64,000 bases of DNA from Nitrososphaeria archaeon (GTDB lineage: Archaea > Thermoproteota > Nitrososphaeria > Conexivisphaerales > UBA164): contig JAWDMM010000001.1 of the NCBI GenBank assembly GCA_046536595.1, positions 19,477-83,476 of the forward strand. The letters run 5' to 3'. Below the pieces are notes generated by a model, which made no database searches, was not told the origin of the DNA, and saw nothing but the letters and a program-made list of their open reading frames with translations. The position numbers and the translations under genes were made by a program. Of this stretch, positions 19,129 to 27,794 are shown piece by piece; positions within the stretch are counted from its first letter, which is position 1, and every line of letters begins with the position of its first letter.

Positions 19129-20916
19129 TTAAACGAGATCTTCTGCGTATGCTCTTAAAATTTCACCATAACTCCACGCTTGCATTATGCAGCCACGTGG
19201 CATATGAGGTTCATCTCCGTCAAATATTTCTGGAATCATTTTCATTTTAATCAACGGTTTAAAATATTCGTACAGAATATCTTTGTCGTTTCCGCTTCTG
19301 ACAGACGCTGTTATATAAGGACCCGCTAACCATGGCCATACAGAACCGTTATGATATGCGCGATCTCTCTGGTATTGATCGCCTTCATATTTTCCTATGT
19401 ATTTTGGATCATCAGGGGACAGAGACCTAAGACCGAAAGGAGTTAATAGCTTATCGTCTACCGCTTTTTTAAAGCCAGAAAAACTGTCCAAAACGGGGAA
19501 AGGTAAAGAAAAAGCGAGTATAAAATTAGGCCTCAAACTATCATCTTCTGGTTCTACCGTATCCAAAACTTTATTTCCTTTAACAAATTTTTGAATGAAT
19601 TCTTCTTTAACCTTTTGTTGTAGCGTTCTGACATAATCAGGTATGTTAATATTTAACTCTTTGGAAAAATAGTCTAAAGATGCTAACGCGTTGTACCAGA
19701 GGGCATTAACTTCAACTGGCATACCGGTTCTGGGTGTAAAGATAGTATTGCCTGTTCTTGCGTCCATCCAAGTCAGTTGAGGCTTTTTAACGAATATTAA
19801 AGAACCTTTCATTTCAAAAAAATCATTGCCTTTTATGTAAGCATTTAAAACAGAAACTGCTGAGGGTAATACCTTTTTTAATGTGTTCTTGTCACCGGTA
19901 TAGATATAATATTTGTAAATAGCATAAATAAACCACAAGGAAGAATCGGCTGAAGCTATGTTGTTTGGATCGGTCAATGATACAGGTAATATTCCTTTTT
20001 CTGCAAGCCTTGAGTATTTTTCTAATATGTTTTTAGCGATTTTGAACCTTTTTGTAACAAGCAACAGACCTGGTAAAGAGATCATCGTGTCTCTTGTCCA
20101 TGGTCCGAACCAGTAAAATCCAGCTATTATATCATCGTACAACAAAAAAGATGTTGAAGCTTTTGCAACGCTGTTAAGTTCACCTTTGAAAGAAGATTTG
20201 TTCGATAACATCCTTCTTTTTATAGCTTCAAAACTTAGAGGCTCTGCTTCTTCGCACGATATTTTTATTTCTAGAAAATTTTCTTTGGGATTTATAACAA
20301 AGTATCCTTCGTGATAAAGATCCTCAACACAATTTGAGCCTCTTTCCCTATCTATTGGATAAAGAAAATTATAGAACCAAGTGCTATCTTTTATAAAATT
20401 ACCTTTGACATAAATATTAACAAAATCATCCCCTGTCCTAAAGCTGTATCCGTTTTCTGATTGAAGCGTTTCCACGTTCATTTTCCTCTTCCTCAAGGCT
20501 AAATGATAGCTTCTAAAAGCGAAAAGAGGATGCAGGTAAATTTTATCGGGCAACCGACCTATAAAATCATATCTAATCACAAGCCAGTCTTTATCCGGGT
20601 CCATGACAAGCGATTTGGTTATTAAAGAACCAGCTACGTTAAATTCAAACCATGGAAATTGATCCTGATTAAAATCTATCAAATGCTTAAACCCTTCTGG
20701 ATATATGGCATCTAAATAATAATTTGTGTCAATGCTGTAGCTTTTTCCATCTATTTCGAATTCTTCGTAAAGCTTAGAAAGTAAAACTTTTCCTTCATAA
20801 TTCTGATCCCTTTTAACACAAAGCCCGTGATAAGTTCTGAGATTTGCAAACACTGAAGATGATGAAGCATAACTGCCTTTTTTGTTGGTTATTAACCATT
20901 CGTTATATTTTAACAT
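19129..20916 (-). CDS. Glycogen debranching enzyme (amylo-alpha-1,6-glucosidase, archaeal GDE type)
   Basis: 595 aa. N-terminal 'TNKKGSYASSS...NLRTYHGL'; C-terminal (alpha/alpha)6 motifs 'GPWTRDTMISLPGL' and 'YHNGSVWPWLAGPY'. Confidence 0.8.
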   Translation of the reverse strand: MLKYNEWLITNKKGSYASSSSVFANLRTYHGLCVKRDQNYEGKVLLSKLYEEFEIDGKSYSIDTNYYLDAIYPEGFKHLIDFNQDQFPWFEFNVAGSLITKSLVMDPDKDWLVIRYDFIGRLPDKIYLHPLFAFRSYHLALRKRKMNVETLQSENGYSFRTGDDFVNIYVKGNFIKDSTWFYNFLYPIDRERGSNCVEDLYHEGYFVINPKENFLEIKISCEEAEPLSFEAIKRRMLSNKSSFKGELNSVAKASTSFLLYDDIIAGFYWFGPWTRDTMISLPGLLLVTKRFKIAKNILEKYSRLAEKGILPVSLTDPNNIASADSSLWFIYAIYKYYIYTGDKNTLKKVLPSAVSVLNAYIKGNDFFEMKGSLIFVKKPQLTWMDARTGNTIFTPRTGMPVEVNALWYNALASLDYFSKELNINIPDYVRTLQQKVKEEFIQKFVKGNKVLDTVEPEDDSLRPNFILAFSLPFPVLDSFSGFKKAVDDKLLTPFGLRSLSPDDPKYIGKYEGDQYQRDRAYHNGSVWPWLAGPYITASVRSGNDKDILYEYFKPLIKMKMIPEIFDGDEPHMPRGCIMQAWSYGEILRAYAEDLV

Positions 20917-21008
20917 GATAATGCTGTTTATGGTGCACGCTTATTTGTTTTTATGAAAATCTTATATAGATGTTAAAATATTTTTACCCATGCACAACTT
21001 AACCAACA

Positions 21009-21046
21009 ATAACGGTTTTAAAGCAATATAATCTATAAACCGTTAT
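21009..21046. promoter_or_regulatory. Perfect 10-bp inverted repeat ataacggttt-N18-aaaccgttat, spanning the TATA region and abutting the glucoamylase ATG
   Basis: Seen directly: arms at 21009-21018 and 21037-21046, with the spacer ttttaaagcaatataatcta containing TATA-like sequence. It may be an operator. One or two such repeats could arise by chance in 64 kb of AT-rich DNA. Confidence 0.3.
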
Positions 21047-22963
21047 ATGGTTCGTTTTCTACCAATAGGTAACAATAGACTCATGTTAAGCTTTGATAAA
21101 GACTACAGAATAGTAGATCTTTACTACGCTCACGATCAGGCTGAAAATCATGCGGTTGGACATCCGTTTAGGTTTGGTTTAGCTGTTGATGGTGAGTTTA
21201 AGTGGATAACACATGATATCATAACTAACATGGATTATTTGGATGATACTATGGTAACTGAAGTTAAGTTATCTATAAACCCGTTGGAAATAGTAAACAA
21301 TGATTTCGTGGATATTTATGATGACGTATATTCAAAAAAGATTACCATAACAAACAAAGGTAATGCTTCACTGGAGATAAAACTGTTCTTCCATCAGGAT
21401 TTTTATATATACGGAAACGACATAGGTGATACCGCCTTTTATGAGCCACATTTGAATTCTATAATTCATTACAAAAATAAAAGGTTATTTTTGGTGTCAA
21501 CTCTTGATCAGTATGGAAACAGCATTGATCAGTACGCTGTTGGAATCAAGGGGTTTGACGGTTATGAAGGAACTTGGAAGGACGCAGAAGATGGAAAACT
21601 GTCATTTAATGCAGTAGCTATAGGATCTGTAGATTCTGTAATAGGACATACTATGTTTTTATTGCCAAAAGAAACAAAGGTGATGTATTACTTTATAATA
21701 GCACAGGAAGACCTTAATTCTCTGCAGGCCACCAGAAGAAAACTTTCCTTTAACTTTCTAAACGATATGTATAAAAGAACAAAAAATTACTGGACAGTTT
21801 GGAATGAAAAGAGAAACATTCAAGCTACACAGGATATGCTTTCGTTATTCAGGAAATCACAATTTATTATAAAAATTCACATGAACAACAAAGGAGCTAT
21901 TATGGCATCTTCAGACAGCGATATTCTTAAAAAAAGTAAAGATGGTTATTATTATGTCTGGCCCAGAGATGCAGCCTTAGCTACTTATGCTTTAACAAAA
22001 ACATATCATTTCAGCGCTGCCAGAAAGTTCTTTGAATTCGCTCTTTCAACTGTTACCGATAGCGGGTTTTTCCACCACAAATACTTGCCGGATGGTAACA
22101 TGGCAAGCAGCTGGATACCAAGGATAATAGGAGGCAAACCTATAATACCAATTCAGGAAGATGAAACTGCACTAGTTATTTGGTCGCTATGGCAGTATTA
22201 TCTTAAATCGCTGGACGTTGAATATTTCTTTCCATTGTATGATAAGCTGATCAAAAAAGCTGCAGACTTTATGGCTTCATTTGTTAACGAAGATGGGCTT
22301 CCAAAAGAATCCTATGACCTCTGGGAAGAAAGGTTTGGTATCCATACTTATACAGTTTCTACAGTATATGCAGCTCTTGTAGCGGCTTCAAACTTTGCAA
22401 ACATTTTTAAAGAAGATGACGTTTCTGAAAGATATCTTAGCGTCGCAAATAAAATGGCTTCTGCTTATGAAACGCATTTCTATTCTCCTGAAAAAGGATA
22501 CTATGCAAGGGCAATAATAAACGGAAAGCCTGATTTTACAGTTGACTCGCAAAACATGGCCCTTTTTCTGTTTGGAATGAAAGATCCAGCAGACCCAAAG
22601 GTAAAGGCCAACATGGACGTAATAATGAACCGGTTGTGGGTTAAAAATACAGGTGGCCTCGCAAGATATGAAGGTGATATGTATCAAAGGATCAAGGATG
22701 ACAGAGAAATACCTGGTAACCCATGGATAATAACAACGCTCTGGGCATCAAGATATTACATAGCTACTGGGGACTGTGAAAAAGCGCTTTCTCTTATAAA
22801 GTGGGTTTTGGATCACAGCCAAAGATCAGGAGTGATTTCAGAACAGATTAATCCATACGATGGAGGGCCGATTTCTGTATCCCCTCTTGTCTGGAGCCAT
22901 GCAGAGTATATAATAAGCTTGGATGAATTGTCTGAAGCCAAAAATAACGGAAAGTGCAAATAA
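21047..22963 (+). CDS. GH15 glucoamylase (glucan 1,4-alpha-glucosidase)
   Basis: 638 aa. Carries 'YYYVWPRDAALA', 'DLWEERFG' and 'SPLVWSHAEYI'. Confidence 0.85.
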   Translation: MVRFLPIGNNRLMLSFDKDYRIVDLYYAHDQAENHAVGHPFRFGLAVDGEFKWITHDIITNMDYLDDTMVTEVKLSINPLEIVNNDFVDIYDDVYSKKITITNKGNASLEIKLFFHQDFYIYGNDIGDTAFYEPHLNSIIHYKNKRLFLVSTLDQYGNSIDQYAVGIKGFDGYEGTWKDAEDGKLSFNAVAIGSVDSVIGHTMFLLPKETKVMYYFIIAQEDLNSLQATRRKLSFNFLNDMYKRTKNYWTVWNEKRNIQATQDMLSLFRKSQFIIKIHMNNKGAIMASSDSDILKKSKDGYYYVWPRDAALATYALTKTYHFSAARKFFEFALSTVTDSGFFHHKYLPDGNMASSWIPRIIGGKPIIPIQEDETALVIWSLWQYYLKSLDVEYFFPLYDKLIKKAADFMASFVNEDGLPKESYDLWEERFGIHTYTVSTVYAALVAASNFANIFKEDDVSERYLSVANKMASAYETHFYSPEKGYYARAIINGKPDFTVDSQNMALFLFGMKDPADPKVKANMDVIMNRLWVKNTGGLARYEGDMYQRIKDDREIPGNPWIITTLWASRYYIATGDCEKALSLIKWVLDHSQRSGVISEQINPYDGGPISVSPLVWSHAEYIISLDELSEAKNNGKCK

Positions 22964-22974
22964 AATTTTTATAT

Positions 22975-23364
22975 TTATATTATTTTAAATTTATAGCCGT
23001 AATAAATTATCCCGCTTTGTCCATCTTCTGTCCATTTTCTGATCGTAGCCATAACTTTAGCTCCTATCTTTATTTCTTCGCTTTCTGCATCTGCCAGCTG
23101 ACCCAAAACCAATATTCCGTTATCCAGCCTTATCATGGCAAGGTATACTGGCGCATAATCTTTAAAGTCTACAGGAGGTTCTGTTAGTTTTGTAAAAGAA
23201 ACTATCGTTCCGGTCTTTGGCATTTCTTTTTCTTCTATTTCAACTGATCCACATTTTTTACAAACTTTTACAGGTGGATAGTATTCGGCACCGCATTTTT
23301 TGCATCTGCTACCAATAAGTCTTGTGTAAAGTTTTCTGTTTCTCCAATAAGCTATGGGTATCAC
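22975..23364 (-). CDS. DUF35 OB-fold/zinc-ribbon protein (scaffold of the archaeal thiolase/HMG-CoA synthase complex)
   Basis: 129 aa. Carries 'CKKCGAEYYPPVKVCKKCGS' and lies 1 nt downstream of the thiolase gene. Confidence 0.85.
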   Translation of the reverse strand: MIPIAYWRNRKLYTRLIGSRCKKCGAEYYPPVKVCKKCGSVEIEEKEMPKTGTIVSFTKLTEPPVDFKDYAPVYLAMIRLDNGILVLGQLADAESEEIKIGAKVMATIRKWTEDGQSGIIYYGYKFKII

Positions 23365-23365
23365 C

Positions 23366-24511
23366 TTAGCTCACCCTCCTCATGATATGAACGATAGAAG
23401 TTGTATCTACCCCACCAACGTTTTGTGTAACTCCAACCTTTGCTCCCTGTACTTGATTTTTGCCTGCAGTTCCCGAAAGCTGCATATAAGCTTCAGCAAC
23501 TTGGTATGCCCCTGTGCCGCCCACCGGGTGACCCCTAGCCTTGAGCCCTCCAAAAGTCAGTATAGGTAAGTCTCCTTCAAAATTGTATTTACCTTTTGCT
23601 GCATCATAACCGGCTTTGCCCTCTTCTGAATATCCCATAGCTTCCAGGCTTAATGCTGCTACAATCGGGAAAGCGTCATGAATTTCAAGAAAATCGACTT
23701 CGGCGGGATCTATACTGGATTTTTCTATGGCCTTTTTGAAAGCCTTTTCTGTGGCTTCAAACCTAAGAGGATTTTCCCTCTGCAATAGTATAAGCTCATT
23801 GGTAGAAACTTCTGAAGCGAGTATCTCCACATCTGAAGGTTTCGAGCTCAGCAAAACAGCTGCTGCTCCATCACTCGAAGGGGCGCTGCTCAAAAGCCTT
23901 ATGGGCTCAGCAAGATAAGGAGACCTTTTTACGTCTTCAAGAGTAAAGGCTTTCCTGAACTGTGCATGCGGCGCAGTGACTGCATTTTTATGCGCTATTA
24001 CCGGAAAGTTGTCCAAATACTCTTCCTGAACGTTGTACCTGTTCATGTACATCTTCATCAGTAAAGCATTAAGGGATATAAAAGACGCTCCAACTACTTG
24101 AGTAAACTCTGCACTTTCCGCCATTGCCAAAGCCTTTGTCAAAACCGATGTATCTGTATCTTTCATCTTCTCGACTCCAACTACAAGTACATTTTCAAAT
24201 TCACCTGATTTTATCGAAACATAACCTTCATGAACAGCCATACCTCCTGATCCGCATGCGGCTTCCACTTTTAACGCATCAGTGCCCTTCATTCCCAGCG
24301 CGCTTGCTAAAAGCGCTCCCAGATGTTCCTGATTGTTCAAGTAACCTGACATCATGTTTCCCACTATTATTCTGTCTATCTTCACGTTTCCAGCATTTTT
24401 TAAGGCGTTAAGCGAAGCCTCAACCATAAGATCTGTTAGCGATTTGTTCCAGTGTTCTCCTACAGGTACTACACCTACAGATTTTATATATACTTTTGAC
24501 ATCTTACTCAC
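23366..24511 (-). CDS. Acetyl-CoA acetyltransferase (archaeal thiolase)
   Basis: 381 aa. Carries 'EAACGSGG' (active-site Cys) and 'GHPVGGTGAYQ'. Confidence 0.9.
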   Translation of the reverse strand: MSKMSKVYIKSVGVVPVGEHWNKSLTDLMVEASLNALKNAGNVKIDRIIVGNMMSGYLNNQEHLGALLASALGMKGTDALKVEAACGSGGMAVHEGYVSIKSGEFENVLVVGVEKMKDTDTSVLTKALAMAESAEFTQVVGASFISLNALLMKMYMNRYNVQEEYLDNFPVIAHKNAVTAPHAQFRKAFTLEDVKRSPYLAEPIRLLSSAPSSDGAAAVLLSSKPSDVEILASEVSTNELILLQRENPLRFEATEKAFKKAIEKSSIDPAEVDFLEIHDAFPIVAALSLEAMGYSEEGKAGYDAAKGKYNFEGDLPILTFGGLKARGHPVGGTGAYQVAEAYMQLSGTAGKNQVQGAKVGVTQNVGGVDTTSIVHIMRRVS

Positions 24512-25530
24512 CTTATTATTTTATTCCTCCACTTTGAATAAGTCGCGTAATCAATTTCCACGTAATTCTTTAACCTTTCGCGTAAAGGTATATAATCGTC
24601 ATCATCAGCTTTTGATACAACCTCTATTACAAAAGTGTCGCTTCCAGCACCGCTTCCAAAACTTGATAAAAGAATCTTATCTCCAGGTTTTGAAACGTCA
24701 AGCACTACACTCAAAGCCACCAGAGTGTTTGCTGAGTAAGAATTACCCAGCTCGTCATTAAGCAATCCTGGTCTTAGCTGTTCATCTTTGAACCCGAGTC
24801 TTTTACCTACTTCTACTGGAAACTTTGGATTTGGCTGATGGAATATTGCATAATTAAAGTCTGACGGCTTATACCCTGTTTCTTCAAACAAGAGTTTCAC
24901 GCTTGACATGATATGGGTAAAATATGCCGGTTCACCCGTGAACCTTCCAAGATGCATCGGATAATGCTCTTTTGGCCTTCTCCAAAAATCCGGAGTATCG
25001 GTGACGAAAGTTACTGAATGTGTTATTTTAGCTATTTCCTTACCGTTTGGTTGACCTAGCACTACCGCGCCTGCACCGCTAGCTGCTGTATATTCCAGAT
25101 CATCAGATGGTCTGCCTTGTGCGGTATCAGATCCTATCGCAAGACCGTGTTTTATAACTCCGGATGTTATCATGCCGCTTATCATCTGAACAGCTTCTGT
25201 GCCACCTTTACATGCAAATTCAAGGTCAACGCCAAGTATCTTGTTAAAGCCAAGAATATCGCTCAAAACAGAACCCATTGGTTTTACAGCATATGGCTTT
25301 GATTCAGAACCAACCAGAATAGCCTCTATCTCCGGATAGTTTGCCATCTTTAGAGCTATTGAAGCTGCTTCGTAAGCCATTGTTAACGCGTCTTCGTCGT
25401 ATGAAGCTACCGCTTTCATTCTGTTAGGACCAGATCCTTCACCGACCCAAATCCTTGCTATTTCTTCTGTGCTTATCCTGTACTTCGGAACATATGCACC
25501 ATAACCCAGTATGGCTGAATTCAGACGCAT
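24508..25530 (-). CDS. Hydroxymethylglutaryl-CoA synthase (archaeal)
   Basis: 340 aa. Carries 'EFACKGGT' and 'FHQPNPKFP'. It overlaps the thiolase gene by 4 nt, completing the canonical three-gene arrangement. Confidence 0.9.
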   Translation of the reverse strand: MRLNSAILGYGAYVPKYRISTEEIARIWVGEGSGPNRMKAVASYDEDALTMAYEAASIALKMANYPEIEAILVGSESKPYAVKPMGSVLSDILGFNKILGVDLEFACKGGTEAVQMISGMITSGVIKHGLAIGSDTAQGRPSDDLEYTAASGAGAVVLGQPNGKEIAKITHSVTFVTDTPDFWRRPKEHYPMHLGRFTGEPAYFTHIMSSVKLLFEETGYKPSDFNYAIFHQPNPKFPVEVGKRLGFKDEQLRPGLLNDELGNSYSANTLVALSVVLDVSKPGDKILLSSFGSGAGSDTFVIEVVSKADDDDYIPLRERLKNYVEIDYATYSKWRNKIIR

Positions 25531-25587
25531 ATATACAACAAAAATGATTGGCTTTATAAATATGCCTTTGATTATAAAAAAATTAGT

Positions 25588-26184
25588 CTAAAGCCTAATT
25601 CCAAGCATGTAAAAAACGTTAAATCCTAAATTGTTTGTGTTTGAAAGCTTGCTTCTTGCGCCAAGAGATGAAGGGATAAGGTAGTCATAAACATAATCAT
25701 CACCAAAATGTATTAGTTCATGTGGTAGCAAGTTTTCAGTTTCGATTACCTCTTTCCAGAACCTTTCATCCTTTTTCGGGTATCCCATGTCAACAGAAGA
25801 ATAAACACGATCGAAAACGCTGTTCAAAAGAGAAAATTCAAGAACTTCTTTTGAAACGTTAGTGGAAAGAATAAGCCTGTATTTTACTTTTAGCTTGTTC
25901 AAATTTGAAGGAACGTTAATCTTTATGTTTTTGCATTTATTGAGAAACTCTTGATAATTCAATCCAAATTTATTTATCCAGTAACTTGGAAGATACCATT
26001 CAAGTTTGTTGGGACCGAGCTGATTATAAGCTTTGATTAACGCCTTTTTCGCCTCCTCTAGGCTTATACCTTCTAACTTAGCATACATTTCAGGTATAAC
26101 TTCATACCACATGCTGTTGTAAACGTTACATTCGTTTAAAGTTCCGCAAAGGTCAAATGAAAGCACCTTACTGTCTTTCATCAT
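25588..26184 (-). CDS. HAD-superfamily hydrolase
   Basis: 198 aa. 'SFDLCGTL' is the DxxGT motif I; 'GDDYVYD' is motif IV-like. Confidence 0.6.
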   Translation of the reverse strand: MMKDSKVLSFDLCGTLNECNVYNSMWYEVIPEMYAKLEGISLEEAKKALIKAYNQLGPNKLEWYLPSYWINKFGLNYQEFLNKCKNIKINVPSNLNKLKVKYRLILSTNVSKEVLEFSLLNSVFDRVYSSVDMGYPKKDERFWKEVIETENLLPHELIHFGDDYVYDYLIPSSLGARSKLSNTNNLGFNVFYMLGIRL

Positions 26185-26779
26185 AAAGCACCTTTAACTC
26201 TTCTAGAGAAACTGGTTCTCCTTTTTCAAGTTTCTTTTTTATTGTTTCTTTTACCTCGTTTTTGTTTATTTTTTCAAACTTTAAGTTTATGTTGTATCCT
26301 TTTTCTTTCTCTTTTTCCTTATACTTTCTCAGCTTTTCCAGAATTATCTGCTTCTGTATTTCGTTCTTTAGCTTTTCTTTTTCCTTTAAAAGCGGCTCTA
26401 TGAGTTCATGGAGTTCCCTTAACCTTTTCTTTATTTCATTAAGTCTGTTTCTAAGTTCCTGATTTTTATCAAGCGAATCTTTTACGGACCTTAAGCCGCT
26501 CAATCTTTTTTCTGTTTCTTTGATTCTTTCAAAAATTCTTCTTTCTTCATCAGGTTTGAGAACTTTTGTTTGAACTTCATCATCAAGCTTTTTCAAAAGA
26601 CCTTCAAGCTTCTTTATCTCTTCTTCGTTTACTTTAATGTTAGGTACCTTGATCTTAGATAATTCATAAGTTACCTGTTCTCTTTGTACCTTAAGTTCTT
26701 TTACTTCCTGCATAAGCTTGTCAAGTTCACCGTTAATCTCCTTTAGCCTGTTCTTCATCGTTTCTATGTCATCTGGCAT
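26168..26779 (-). CDS. K/E-rich coiled-coil protein (archaeal COG1340-like)
   Basis: 203 aa with heptad-like K/E/L composition throughout. It overlaps leuB by 11 nt and the HAD gene by 17 nt. Confidence 0.5.
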   Translation of the reverse strand: MPDDIETMKNRLKEINGELDKLMQEVKELKVQREQVTYELSKIKVPNIKVNEEEIKKLEGLLKKLDDEVQTKVLKPDEERRIFERIKETEKRLSGLRSVKDSLDKNQELRNRLNEIKKRLRELHELIEPLLKEKEKLKNEIQKQIILEKLRKYKEKEKEKGYNINLKFEKINKNEVKETIKKKLEKGEPVSLEELKVLYDERQ

Positions 26780-27788
26780 AAGCTTTCAGCTCTTGTTCGA
26801 TATAGTTTGTAATGTCGTCAGTTTTAAACTTACCCCCTACATCTGGCGTTAAAAACCCTTTGCTTATGCATGATTCTATTGATTTCCCAAGAGCCTCACT
26901 CGCTTTCTGTGCGTTAACATCATTTCTCTTCATGTATAAATATTCCAATGCCATTAAAATAACGTTGAACATGGAATAAGGATTCGCGATGCCTTTACCT
27001 GCTATGTCTGGCGCTGAACCGTGAACCGGTTCAAAAAGATTAAAATTGTCTCCAATATTGGCCGAACCAGCAAAACCCAAGCCCCCTGCGATCTGAGCAG
27101 CCTCATCGCTGAGGATATCCCCGTAAACGTTGGGGGTTAAAATTACGTCAAAATCTTGAGGATTCCTTATGAGCGCCATGCTCATGGCATCGACATATTT
27201 TTCATCAACATTGATTCCAAACTTTTCCAGTTCTTTTCTTGAAATGTCTCTAAAAAAGCCATCAGTTATACGCATTACGTTTGCCTTGTGCACTATGGTT
27301 ACCTTCTTTTTTCTGTTAAGGGCGTACATTGCAGCTATTCTTGCTATTCTTTTTGTGCCCTTTTCTGAAAATATTTTCAAAGCAACTGCTGTATCGTTTA
27401 TTTTAAATTCTATTCCTTTGTAAAGATCTTCTGTATTTTCCCTGACTATTACAATGTCTAAAGGCTTAACTGAAGGAACACCTTTATAGCTCCTTGCTGG
27501 ACGTATGTTGGCATAAAGATCTAAAATAAGGCGCAACGTAACTATGCTTTCGAATGCTGTCTCACCAACTGGACCCTTGATAGCCAGATCTGATGATTTT
27601 ATTCCTTTAATCGTTTCTTCGGGCAAAGCTGTACCGAGTTTCTTTTTTGCCTCATCCCCCATTTCGTAAAAATTTATTTCCCAATTTATACCGAAAATAT
27701 CTCCCAACAGAGTCAGCACCCTGATTGCAGCATCAGAAATTTCAGGCCCTATACCGTCTCCTTTCATCCAAGCTATCCTGTATTTCAT
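26769..27788 (-). CDS. leuB: 3-isopropylmalate dehydrogenase (beta-decarboxylating dehydrogenase family)
   Basis: 339 aa. Carries 'GDGIGPEI' and 'NVYGDILSDEAAQIAGGLG', and sits in the ilv/leu operon. Confidence 0.85.
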   Translation of the reverse strand: MKYRIAWMKGDGIGPEISDAAIRVLTLLGDIFGINWEINFYEMGDEAKKKLGTALPEETIKGIKSSDLAIKGPVGETAFESIVTLRLILDLYANIRPARSYKGVPSVKPLDIVIVRENTEDLYKGIEFKINDTAVALKIFSEKGTKRIARIAAMYALNRKKKVTIVHKANVMRITDGFFRDISRKELEKFGINVDEKYVDAMSMALIRNPQDFDVILTPNVYGDILSDEAAQIAGGLGFAGSANIGDNFNLFEPVHGSAPDIAGKGIANPYSMFNVILMALEYLYMKRNDVNAQKASEALGKSIESCISKGFLTPDVGGKFKTDDITNYIEQELKAYAR

Positions 27789-27794
27789 CTGTAA

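Noticed and set aside
21010-21022. An exact 13-mer, TAACGGTTTTAAA, is shared between the glucoamylase promoter and the arcC upstream region (63328-63340, opposite strand).
   Set aside because: With roughly 4e9 position pairs in a 64-kb window and an AT-biased composition, tens of exact 13-mer coincidences are expected by chance. This is not evidence for a shared operator on its own.
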